Of a stretch of DNA of 64,000 nucleotides, positions 1-8,605 are shown in pieces. The translations under genes and the position numbers were made by a program. Source of the DNA: Anaerolineae bacterium (GTDB lineage Bacteria > Chloroflexota > Anaerolineae > JACIWR01); NCBI GenBank assembly GCA_024653325.1, contig JANLFX010000004.1, forward strand, positions 6,628-70,627, written 5' to 3'. Below the pieces are notes generated by a model, which was not told the origin of the DNA, did no database searches, and saw nothing but the letters and a program-made list of their open reading frames with translations. Each line of letters begins with the position of its first letter. Positions within the stretch are counted from its first letter, which is position 1.

Positions 1-8
1 AGGTTAGA

Positions 9-2255
9 TTGGAAGTGCTGGGCCGTTTCCCGGTCTTGCCGATACCCGGAGCTGCGGCTGGCGATGTGCTCGCTATGGCCGTGACCTCGTCCACCATCAC
101 ATTTACCAATCCTTATGACGGGACGGATCAGCAGGCCAGGATTGTGCTTCCCGATGATTACAGCGGTGACCCTGTGCCCCTGGTAATCTATGTTCACGGC
201 CGGAGCTCGGACATGTACGAGGGTGAAAATACTATTGGCGAAGCGACCAGAAACAAGGGCTGGCTGCTGGCCACGCCGCAGTTGCACGGTAGTTGGCCCT
301 ATCCACCAGATCCACCAGGGAAATATGCTTATGCCTCCCTGGAAAGCCAATATGACATCATCGGCGCCATGAATTACATGCTTGACCATTACAATGTGAT
401 TACAGATCGCATTTATCTGGTGGGCTATTCAATGGGCGGCCAGATTGCCACAGTCACGGCAGGCAAGTTTCCCCATGTGTTCGCTGCTGTGTTTGATAAC
501 AAGGGTCCAACGAATATGGCGGAATGGTACTACGAGCAAGCAGAGTATTATGAAAGCTTCAACCATCCGCACGTGCAAGCCATGAGGCAAGAATGTCATG
601 TCAATGAACTCGAGCGAGATCCAACTGAGAATCCTTTTTGCTATCAACGCCGCTCGGGGGTCAATTTCGCCAGCAACTACATCCACATGCCGATCTCGAT
701 TACCCACAGCGTCAGCGACACGCTTGTGCCTATCCACCATTCACGAGATTTCCGCGACGCCGTCAACAGCTATAGCCCAGACCGCCCGGTCACCGTTTAT
801 GAGGATACTATAATAGGCCCTACATGCGGTGAGCCTTACCATTGTTACGAACCCGACCCGATGGATGTGCTGAATTTCCTGGAGCAATTCACCTTGAACA
901 ATAACCCGACCAGTATCAACATCACCACCGACGAATCAAAATCCTATCATTGGCTGAACGTCATTCAAACGGGTGGCGATCACTGGTCGCAGGTACAAGT
1001 CGCCTACTATCCCATCACGGCTACCGTGACGGCCCTGATCTCAGATACCGCGCCATTAACCCTGGCCTTCAACCTTGGTTCAACGGCTCTGACCTATGAG
1101 AGGATCTCCGATAAGCTGAAACAACCGGGCATGGGACTGCCGGCGACGACTTATCTGATCAAAGGGGGAGATAATAATTACCTGCACAACTATGAATCCG
1201 GTTACCTGACCACGACTCTGTCCACTACGGGTGAGTTTGGCCTGACCATTTCGGCGATTACAGTGGACCTTTCGGCTTACCCGGACATGGTATCGGGATG
1301 GCAAACGTCCACCTCAGCAGTCACAGCTATAGTGAGAGATCATCTGGATAATCCTGTTCCAGACGGCACAATCGTAGAGTTTTCTGCGACCGAAGGTACC
1401 TTTCCCAACGGGAGTGCAGTTTACACGGCTACCGTCACGGGAGGCCAAGTCACAACTACCTTAACCCTGCCGCCTGAAAAGGCATCGGCGGAGATCGCCG
1501 CCTGGATAGGAAGCGTTACCAATACCACCACAATAAACGTGATTTACCCGTCCATAGAAATGACGGTCACGCCAGATCGGGCAATGGTCTACAGCGGGCA
1601 GATGGTCACTTACACTTATCAGATCACCAACACCGGTGATGTAACGCTGACCGATGTGACCGTGGAGGACGACAACGGCACGCCAGAAGACAGCGGTGAT
1701 GATGTCATCGCCTGCACCGGTCTGACCTTGGCTCCGGAAGCCATGGCTGGCTGTAGCCGCAATGCGACGTTAACTCATACCGTAACCAATAAAGTTACCG
1801 TTACCGGGCTGGACCCGCTGAGCAACGATATTTCAGATGAAGACACGGCAACTATCAGCATTATCTCGCCGGCCATAGAAATGACGGTCACGCCGGATCA
1901 GGCAATGGTCTACAGTGGGCAGATGGTCACTTACACTTATCAGATCACCAACACTGGTGATGTAACGCTGACCGATGTGACCGTGGAGGACGACAACGGC
2001 ACGCCGGACGATGACGGCGATGATCTCACAGTATGTACCGGGATCACCCTGGAGGCAGGAGCAACAACCAATTGTAGCCGTCTAGCTACGCTGACCGAGA
2101 CTACGGTCATCATAGCCACTGCCACTGGACAAGACCCCTTGGGCAATGCGGTTGTTGCCAGCGACGCGGTGACCATTACAGTTCAACCGCCAGAAGAAAT
2201 TCCTACAAGCATCTACCTTCCTGTTGTTATGAGAAATAGTAGTTACGTACCTTGA
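9..2255 (+). CDS. Probable 5'-partial surface protein: alpha/beta-hydrolase (esterase/depolymerase-like, GYSMGG nucleophile elbow) N-region followed by two tandem DUF11 ('conserved repeat domain') units; C-terminal tail ...IYLPVVMRNSSYVP
   Basis: GxSxG motif 'GYSMGG'. Two ~107-aa repeats (IEMTVTPDxAMVYSGQMVTYTYQITNTGDVTLTDVTVEDDNGTP...) typical of DUF11. No signal peptide at the ORF start, so the gene probably begins upstream of the window. Confidence 0.6.
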   Translation: MEVLGRFPVLPIPGAAAGDVLAMAVTSSTITFTNPYDGTDQQARIVLPDDYSGDPVPLVIYVHGRSSDMYEGENTIGEATRNKGWLLATPQLHGSWPYPPDPPGKYAYASLESQYDIIGAMNYMLDHYNVITDRIYLVGYSMGGQIATVTAGKFPHVFAAVFDNKGPTNMAEWYYEQAEYYESFNHPHVQAMRQECHVNELERDPTENPFCYQRRSGVNFASNYIHMPISITHSVSDTLVPIHHSRDFRDAVNSYSPDRPVTVYEDTIIGPTCGEPYHCYEPDPMDVLNFLEQFTLNNNPTSINITTDESKSYHWLNVIQTGGDHWSQVQVAYYPITATVTALISDTAPLTLAFNLGSTALTYERISDKLKQPGMGLPATTYLIKGGDNNYLHNYESGYLTTTLSTTGEFGLTISAITVDLSAYPDMVSGWQTSTSAVTAIVRDHLDNPVPDGTIVEFSATEGTFPNGSAVYTATVTGGQVTTTLTLPPEKASAEIAAWIGSVTNTTTINVIYPSIEMTVTPDRAMVYSGQMVTYTYQITNTGDVTLTDVTVEDDNGTPEDSGDDVIACTGLTLAPEAMAGCSRNATLTHTVTNKVTVTGLDPLSNDISDEDTATISIISPAIEMTVTPDQAMVYSGQMVTYTYQITNTGDVTLTDVTVEDDNGTPDDDGDDLTVCTGITLEAGATTNCSRLATLTETTVIIATATGQDPLGNAVVASDAVTITVQPPEEIPTSIYLPVVMRNSSYVP
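1548..2180. repeat. Tandem direct DNA repeat, period ~321 bp (two DUF11 coding units). The first ~140 nt of each unit are near-identical (1548-1690 vs 1869-2011).
   Basis: Direct reading: ccgtccatagaaatgacggtcacgccagatcgggcaatggtctacagcgggcagatggtcacttacacttatcagatcaccaac... recurs with 5 substitutions. Confidence 0.85.
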
Positions 2256-2264
2256 TGGAGCGAA

Positions 2265-3461
2265 ATGCTAACCGGGCATAATTTTGTTTATTTTGGACCA
2301 GGGCCGTGGTTGGGTTTGTGGCGCAACCGACACCACCTAATGAGCAGGTTTGCTCATGGTAATCAGGTGCTGTATGTAGAGCCGCCGCCATATCTCCGAC
2401 CCGTTGTACATCAACTATCACAAGGTTGGGAGGGCTGGCAGAGCCTGCGAAATCCATGCCTGAGCCAGGTGCAGGATAACCTGTACGTTTACCACAGCCC
2501 AGCCTACGCCCCAGTTAGTGGACGTCCGCCTTTGAGCACGATAACCCATGTCATACGCCAGGCCTTGCTCTTGCGGGCGATGCAGCGTCTGGGGATGGAA
2601 CAACCCATCATCTGGCTCTCGCAGCCAAAAATGGGAAGCCTGATCGGTCAATTCCATGAGCGGTTGACAATCTATCACGTGGTGGATGAGTACACCGCCT
2701 ACCACGGCGTAACGACGGAAATGGCTTCCTGGATTCGTCTCCAGGAAAAACAACTCATGGCCCGGGTAGATTTGGTGATTGTGGTCTCATCCACACTGTG
2801 GGAAGCCAAACGGCCCTACAACCCACATACCTATTGGGTACCCAACGGTGTGGACCTGGTGGCTTTCAACCGTGCGTTGACCGAGAAAACTCCTCCAGCA
2901 GACCTGAATGCTATCCCGGAACCGCGGCTTGTCTATGCCGGGCTAATTGGTGTGCGACTCGATTTGACTTTGCTGCTCGCTGTCGCCCGGCGACATCCAG
3001 ACTGGTCACTTGTCTTTATAGGACAGGTGGATGACCGAGGATGTGAGGATGAACTGGCCAATTTGCAATCTTTGCCCAATGTTCACTTTTTGGGCCTGAA
3101 GCCAGCCTCCGTCGTGCCCCGTTATTTACTGGCTTGCCAGGTATGTCTGCTGCCCTATCGTCGGAGCGAGGAGTCTCGGCACATAGACCCGATTAAGCTG
3201 TACGAGGGACTGGCTTCTGGGAAACCCATTGTATCTACTCCTATCCCGGCGGTGTTACCTTACGGCGATCTGATCTGGCTGGCTTCTGACGATAGTGAAT
3301 TCGAAGCGGCGGTACAAGAAGCCCTGGCGGAACGGGATGATAGCAGAGCGGCACAACGGCGGTCTTTGGCGGCGGAACACACCTGGGAAAAGAGAGTAGA
3401 GCAGATTTCGACCCTGATCCAGTCCCGCCTTCGTGATAATAAGCGGGTTAAGCAGGGGTGA
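2265..3461 (+). CDS. GT-B fold glycosyltransferase (family 1/4 domain)
   Basis: C-terminal motif ...YEGLASGKPIVSTPIP... characteristic of Glycos_transf_1. N-terminal region resembles the GT4 N-domain. Confidence 0.7.
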   Translation: MLTGHNFVYFGPGPWLGLWRNRHHLMSRFAHGNQVLYVEPPPYLRPVVHQLSQGWEGWQSLRNPCLSQVQDNLYVYHSPAYAPVSGRPPLSTITHVIRQALLLRAMQRLGMEQPIIWLSQPKMGSLIGQFHERLTIYHVVDEYTAYHGVTTEMASWIRLQEKQLMARVDLVIVVSSTLWEAKRPYNPHTYWVPNGVDLVAFNRALTEKTPPADLNAIPEPRLVYAGLIGVRLDLTLLLAVARRHPDWSLVFIGQVDDRGCEDELANLQSLPNVHFLGLKPASVVPRYLLACQVCLLPYRRSEESRHIDPIKLYEGLASGKPIVSTPIPAVLPYGDLIWLASDDSEFEAAVQEALAERDDSRAAQRRSLAAEHTWEKRVEQISTLIQSRLRDNKRVKQG

Positions 3462-3468
3462 GAAACCG

Positions 3469-4704
3469 ATGACCAATCGCAGCTATCGTGTCCTTTACGT
3501 GGAAAATGCAAACAGTGTGGGAGGATCCATTATCAGCGTTTATCGGCTGGTGCAGCAGTTGAACCGCCAGCACTATGAGCCGATCATCCTGTTCCATCGT
3601 CCCAATGGCTACGAGCCTCGCTTTCGCGCCTTGGGCATCGAGGTTATTGTACTGGACGGTAAGGAAACACCCCAGGCTCAAGCCGGTAGTGGTCATTCCC
3701 GCGACATCGCGGCCTGGCTCGGTCACTACAGCTCAACTCTGGCTCACACTTACCGCAGGCTGAAATCCATCTACTTGTTGGGAAGCCAAACCCTACCGGA
3801 GTCACGACGCATCTATCGCATCATCAAGGACCGCAGGATTGACCTTGTACATCTGAACAATCGGCTGAGCAGCAACCGCAGCGGAGCCCTGGCCGCGCGA
3901 TGGGCTCGCACGCCCTGTCTATGCCATGTTCGTGACTTCGACCATCTGACCTGGTTTGATCGTTGGCTAGTAAAAAGGGTAGACCATTTTGCTTTTATGT
4001 CGCGTGCCCTGGAACAGAGTCTGAAGGCTGCCGAACCCTCCCTTCGCGGGTCGGTCGTTTACGATGGTCTGGAGCTGGATAGATTTTTGACTTCACAAGA
4101 CAAGGCCAACTTTCGTCAAGAATTGGGACTGAGCAATGATGATTTTGTGGTGGGGAATGTGGGCCGGTTGGTGCCCTGGAAGGGGCAGGAGGTCTTCCTG
4201 CGCGCGCTGGCCCGCGTCGCGCCGCAGATCCGTAACCTCAAAGCACTGATTGTGGGCGACCCGGACCCGCCGGCAGAGACCGCCTATTTGAAACATTTGC
4301 AATCTCTGGTTCAGGAACTGGGCCTGTCGGATATTGTACGGTTCACGGGGTTTTATTCGGACATTCCCCGCCTTATGGCTTCGCTGGATGTGCTGGTGCA
4401 CAGCTCCTCGTCGCCGGAGCCTTTCGGCATCGTGGTGATCGAGGGCATGGCGGCGGGCAAACCGGTGATTGCTACCAGAGCCGGTGGGGTGCTGGACATC
4501 ATCGAAGATGGTGATAACGGCCTGCTGGTGCCCGTTGGAGACGACCAGAGTATGGCCGAGGCGATTTTGACTCTGGCTCGCTGTCCTGATCTGGCGGCTC
4601 GGCTGGGGACGAATGCACGGCAACGCGTAACAGCTTGTTTCACAGTGACTCAGTACGTCCAGACGGTGCAAACTATCTACCAGAGTTTACTGGAGGAGAG
4701 ATAG
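3469..4704 (+). CDS. Glycosyltransferase family 4
   Basis: EPFGIVVIEGMAAGKPVIATRAGGVLDIIEDGDNGLLV, the classic GT4 EX7E-region motif. Start chosen at MTNRSYRVLYVENANSVGGS. Confidence 0.85.
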   Translation: MTNRSYRVLYVENANSVGGSIISVYRLVQQLNRQHYEPIILFHRPNGYEPRFRALGIEVIVLDGKETPQAQAGSGHSRDIAAWLGHYSSTLAHTYRRLKSIYLLGSQTLPESRRIYRIIKDRRIDLVHLNNRLSSNRSGALAARWARTPCLCHVRDFDHLTWFDRWLVKRVDHFAFMSRALEQSLKAAEPSLRGSVVYDGLELDRFLTSQDKANFRQELGLSNDDFVVGNVGRLVPWKGQEVFLRALARVAPQIRNLKALIVGDPDPPAETAYLKHLQSLVQELGLSDIVRFTGFYSDIPRLMASLDVLVHSSSSPEPFGIVVIEGMAAGKPVIATRAGGVLDIIEDGDNGLLVPVGDDQSMAEAILTLARCPDLAARLGTNARQRVTACFTVTQYVQTVQTIYQSLLEER

Positions 4705-4840
4705 CGTACGATTTTGCCTGAAGGGTCTGGACAATGTCACTGTGTGCAGAGGGACAGGGCTGGGAGGTTCAGGAGGTATAGAACAGGGCGATGGAAGCCA
4801 ACATAGCCTCGGATCATAAAGACCTCAGGAGGGAAGAATC

Positions 4841-5872
4841 ATGAGTGTGGAAGAGTTTGTACAGTATATGCGTATTCTACTGAAGAGGTGGTGGCTGTTT
4901 CTGATCCTGTGCGGTACCACTTTAGGGGCTATCCTGTTTAGCTTCTATACAGCCCCTCCCCAGTACAGAGCCACTGTTCACTTTCTCGTAAACGCCCCCC
5001 CATCTGGGGATGTAACTCTTTACCCGGGCTTCGATCAGCCTACCCAGAGTCAGCAAATCGCGGCCACCCAGTCTCGTTTCATGGAGATATTGCAAAGTTC
5101 GACGGTGACCTGGCAAACTGTGAGAACCATCCAGGCCTCGATGGATGGCGATGAGCTCAAGCGGCGGACTGTGGTGGATAAACCAACGGATTCGGAATTC
5201 ATTCGCGTATCCGTGTTAGCCGATGAACCCCAGGAGGCAGCCGATTTAGCCAATGCACTGGTAGATACGGCCAAACAGTATTACGGTCAGATTTTGGCTA
5301 ACCCCTCGGCTTTGGCCCGCGAATTCATCTCCATGCAGGTAGAGGATGCTTTTCAGGAACTCCAGGCCGCCAAGCAGGCATTGGCGGATTTTAAGAAAAA
5401 GCATCAGATTGGAGATTTGCCGGCCGAAATCCAGGCCCAAAGAACCATTCTCTGGAATCTGATCCTGGAACACGACCAGGCCGTAGCCAACAAGCAAACC
5501 GATCAAGCGGCGGCTTACGATATACTTATCTCCCAACGCCAGGAAGAGCTCCAACGGCTGACCGCGCTAAGCGATGAGTATGAAGACTTGAACGACGCTA
5601 TCAAGAGAGCCGAAACCTATTACAAGTTCCTGCTGGATAAGGAGACCGAAGCCAAGCTGAAGGAGAATGAGATCCTCAACGCTGCTTTCATCCAGGTAAT
5701 CGAGCCAGCCCGTCCACCGCGGGAGCCTGTGTCACCTATCAATCTCAAAGTCCTTGCCCTCGGCAGCCTATCGAGCCTGATTGCCAGTATAGTGATCGCT
5801 TTTGCGCTTGAATACAAAGAGTCTCAGCAAACGCAAAAAACAAAGAAGCCAGTAGCGAGTTTTGCCTCATGA
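4841..5872 (+). CDS. Polysaccharide co-polymerase / chain-length determinant (Wzz-like, no kinase domain)
   Basis: N-terminal TM (WWLFLILCGTTLGAILF) plus a Wzz-type motif (PPQYRATVHFLV). Long coiled-coil middle and a C-terminal TM. GGAGGG ribosome-binding site upstream. Confidence 0.7.
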   Translation: MSVEEFVQYMRILLKRWWLFLILCGTTLGAILFSFYTAPPQYRATVHFLVNAPPSGDVTLYPGFDQPTQSQQIAATQSRFMEILQSSTVTWQTVRTIQASMDGDELKRRTVVDKPTDSEFIRVSVLADEPQEAADLANALVDTAKQYYGQILANPSALAREFISMQVEDAFQELQAAKQALADFKKKHQIGDLPAEIQAQRTILWNLILEHDQAVANKQTDQAAAYDILISQRQEELQRLTALSDEYEDLNDAIKRAETYYKFLLDKETEAKLKENEILNAAFIQVIEPARPPREPVSPINLKVLALGSLSSLIASIVIAFALEYKESQQTQKTKKPVASFAS

Positions 5873-5927
5873 CTCGCACATTCAGTGTAGTCAATCAATT
5901 AAAGACTCACGAACCGTAAGGACGTAT

Positions 5928-7403
5928 GTCATGAGAATGCTAACCTTGCCTGCCGCCTGGACACAATCCCGCTTGTTCTCCGGGATACGCTGGTGCTTCT
6001 ACGCCTTGGTTGCAGGAGTAGTGGGCTGGCAATTGGGCCGAATGCTGGCCTCGCCCTCCAGCGATCTCGTGGCTCCCCTGGTTTTCATGGGTGCCTGCAT
6101 CCTTATCACTCTAAACCGCCCATTAGAGGGACTTCTTCTCGCCCTGATTTTGCATCCTTTTATCAATTTCTTCTACCTAAATATTGACCTCGGGGCAGGC
6201 ATTCCTTCCATCAGCTTACTGAGGATGATTGTCGCCATCGTATTCGCACTTATCCTTGCCCGGGTGGCTACGGGGCAGTATGGCTCTTTACGTCTTACCT
6301 GGACTGACGTGTTCATGCTTTTAACCACATTAGGGCTGGGGATAGCCGCGATACGTGGCACCGCCGCCACAAAATATCTCCAGTGGCTGTTCGACAAGTT
6401 CATGACGCCTTACATGATCTACTATATCACCAAACGTCTGATCACCAATCGCACTACACTCCACCGAACTCTGTGGGCCACGATGATTATTGGCGCTTAT
6501 TGTGGTATCTATGGAATTTACACCCAGACAACAGGCAACATCCTTTTCGTAGAAGGGGAACTCACAGGGCCTCTCTGGTATAACGAGCATCTCCGTATTA
6601 TGAGGGGTCTGCTGGATTCACCTCACGTGTTCGGGCTTGTATTCTCGTTAGCGATACCTATAAATTTTTACTTGCTCATTAAGGCTTCCACACCGGGAAA
6701 AAAATTGTTACTGGGCTTGGCACTGGCCATTACCATGGGGGGGCTTTTCTTCACCTACAAACGCACAGCCTGGATAGCCACGATAGCCAGCTTCCTGGTC
6801 ATTACGTTCTTTTTCCCGCGCTTTAGGCGACTGTTTCTGGTCCTCCTCCTTTTGGCTACTGTTATCATCGTACTGTATTCGGATCAGATCAGCGATAGCG
6901 CAGTGGTCACTCAACGACTGGGCGAGAAGACAAACACGCTCAACGGACGGCTCGAGCTGTGGGAAACTGCCTGGCGGGACTGGAAACGGGCTCCCTACTT
7001 TGGTTATGGCCTGGGAGGGTTCTTTGCCAAATCCTCGCTGAAAGCTATTGAAAGTCACTACCTGTGGCTTCTGGTAGATGCCGGTCTTGTGGGATTTGTG
7101 CCTTACGCTTTGGTCTTCATACTTATTTTCAAGACCAGCGTCCGGCTCTTTCGAGCCAGAGCGCCAGCCATCTTCGCAGAACCGGACCTGGTGGCAATGT
7201 TCTGGGGCACGTTTGCCGCCTATTTGGTCAGCCTTTCCACCGTGGTCATGAACCATGAGCTTCCGCACGATCTGCTCTTTCTGCTGGCTGGCGCAATAGT
7301 TGGCTCCCAGGAAGTTTTCTTAAACCGACAGGACGACGACCGCTCCCAAATAGAGCCCCGTATACAACTCAGACATGCCAATAAGGGGGAAAGCACGTTA
7401 TGA
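5928..7403 (+). CDS. O-antigen ligase/polymerase-like (Wzy_C domain) polytopic membrane protein
   Basis: About 10-12 predicted TM helices with a large loop (…WETAWRDWKRAPYFGYGLGGF…) typical of O-antigen ligase family. Start is ambiguous between 5862 and 5928. Confidence 0.65.
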   Translation, partial: VMRMLTLPAAWTQSRLFSGIRWCFYALVAGVVGWQLGRMLASPSSDLVAPLVFMGACILITLNRPLEGLLLALILHPFINFFYLNIDLGAGIPSISLLRMIVAIVFALILARVATGQYGSLRLTWTDVFMLLTTLGLGIAAIRGTAATKYLQWLFDKFMTPYMIYYITKRLITNRTTLHRTLWATMIIGAYCGIYGIYTQTTGNILFVEGELTGPLWYNEHLRIMRGLLDSPHVFGLVFSLAIPINFYLLIKASTPGKKLLLGLALAITMGGLFFTYKRTAWIATIASFLVITFFFPRFRRLFLVLLLLATVIIVLYSDQISDSAVVTQRLGEKTNTLNGRLELWETAWRDWKRAPYFGYGLGGFFAKSSLKAIESHYLWLLVDAGLVGFVPYALVFILIFKTSVRLFRARAPAIFAEPDLVAMFWGTFAAYLVSLSTVVMNHELPHDLLFLLAGAIVGSQEVFLNRQDDDRSQIEPRIQLRHANKGESTL

Positions 7404-8605
7404 GAGTAGCTATTCTTGGGGACTATCCTCTGGAACCAGATCGCATCGCTGGCGGCGTGGAAGCCGTCATCAGCTATCTCGTCGCCGAACTGAGAAAATT
7501 CACAGATCTTGAACTTCACGTGGTGACATTTCATGAGGATGTGCGACAGCGATATGTATGTCAACAGGAAAGCAATCTCACGGTGCACTATCTGCCGCCT
7601 GCCTACCGCTTTGCCAACGTGACTTTCTTTGTGATCAACAAGTTCCTATTGCTTCGGGAGCTGGCGGACATCAAACCGGATTTGATCCATGCTCACGTCG
7701 CGGGCACTTACGCTGAGGTGGCCCATATGACAGGACTTCCCGCTGTCTTAACCTTGCATGGTATTAGATACCGCAGCCAATGGTTACAGAAAGGATGGGT
7801 GAACCGGCTGGTGCGACGGCCGTTGATTGCCCGCGAGGAAAGGGCCAGCGTCAGAAAGGCCCGTCATATCATCGCTATTAATCCCTGTATCCAGGAGGAG
7901 TTCGGTCCCCTCATCCGGGCGACTGTCTACCCTATTGAAAATCCGGTTCCCGATAAGTTCTTCAACCTGGAGAGGCGGGAGAAGGGGGCCCGGATACTGT
8001 ATGTGGGTCGCATAACCGAGGGCAAAGGGATCGCGCTTTTGATCCAGGCGATGGTCTCTGTGAGGGACCGAGTGCCGGATGCCCAGCTTCATCTGGCGGG
8101 CGAGGCGAGCAGCACCTCTTATCAGCGGTCTTTGCAGGATCTGGTGGAAGGCCTGGGGTTGGAGGAGAAGGTGCATTTCCTGGGCCTTCTGGATGAGGAG
8201 CATTTGCTTGAGGCATATGAGCAATGCGCATTGGTGGTCCTGCCCTCTTATCATGAAACGGCCCCTATGGCAATTCAGCAGGCTATGGCCGCGGGGAAAC
8301 CGGTGGTGGCCACAAGGGTGGGAGGGGTGCCTTATATGGTGTTGCAAGAGGAGACGGGTCTGCTGGTTGAGTATGGAGACGTCCTCGGGCTGGCGGAAGC
8401 AATGGTTCGCCTCCTGTACGATGACGCACTGCGGGCGCGATTGGGAGAAAGGGCCAGGGAGGAAGCAGTTCGGCGATTCCGTGCAGCAGTTGTGGCCTGC
8501 CGAACTTATGAGGTGTATCGAAAGCTCTTCGAGGAGTTTCAGGGAGGGAAGCTGTGGCGGGGATATTCGGCATTTATGACCCGGAAATGGCTCGGGAGCA
8601 CCTGA
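7400..8605 (+). CDS. Glycosyltransferase family 4
   Basis: ETAPMAIQQAMAAGKPVVATRVGGVPYMVLQEETGLLVEYGD, a GT4 signature. Start overlaps the upstream stop (ATGA). Confidence 0.85.
   Translation: MRVAILGDYPLEPDRIAGGVEAVISYLVAELRKFTDLELHVVTFHEDVRQRYVCQQESNLTVHYLPPAYRFANVTFFVINKFLLLRELADIKPDLIHAHVAGTYAEVAHMTGLPAVLTLHGIRYRSQWLQKGWVNRLVRRPLIAREERASVRKARHIIAINPCIQEEFGPLIRATVYPIENPVPDKFFNLERREKGARILYVGRITEGKGIALLIQAMVSVRDRVPDAQLHLAGEASSTSYQRSLQDLVEGLGLEEKVHFLGLLDEEHLLEAYEQCALVVLPSYHETAPMAIQQAMAAGKPVVATRVGGVPYMVLQEETGLLVEYGDVLGLAEAMVRLLYDDALRARLGERAREEAVRRFRAAVVACRTYEVYRKLFEEFQGGKLWRGYSAFMTRKWLGST

Noticed and set aside
2195-2255. C-terminal motif of ORF1 as a PEP-CTERM/LPXTG-type sorting signal
   Set aside because: No hydrophobic TM segment or basic tail follows the motif (only 8 residues to the stop). 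It is therefore not a canonical sortase/exosortase signal. It is kept only as a shared-motif observation.
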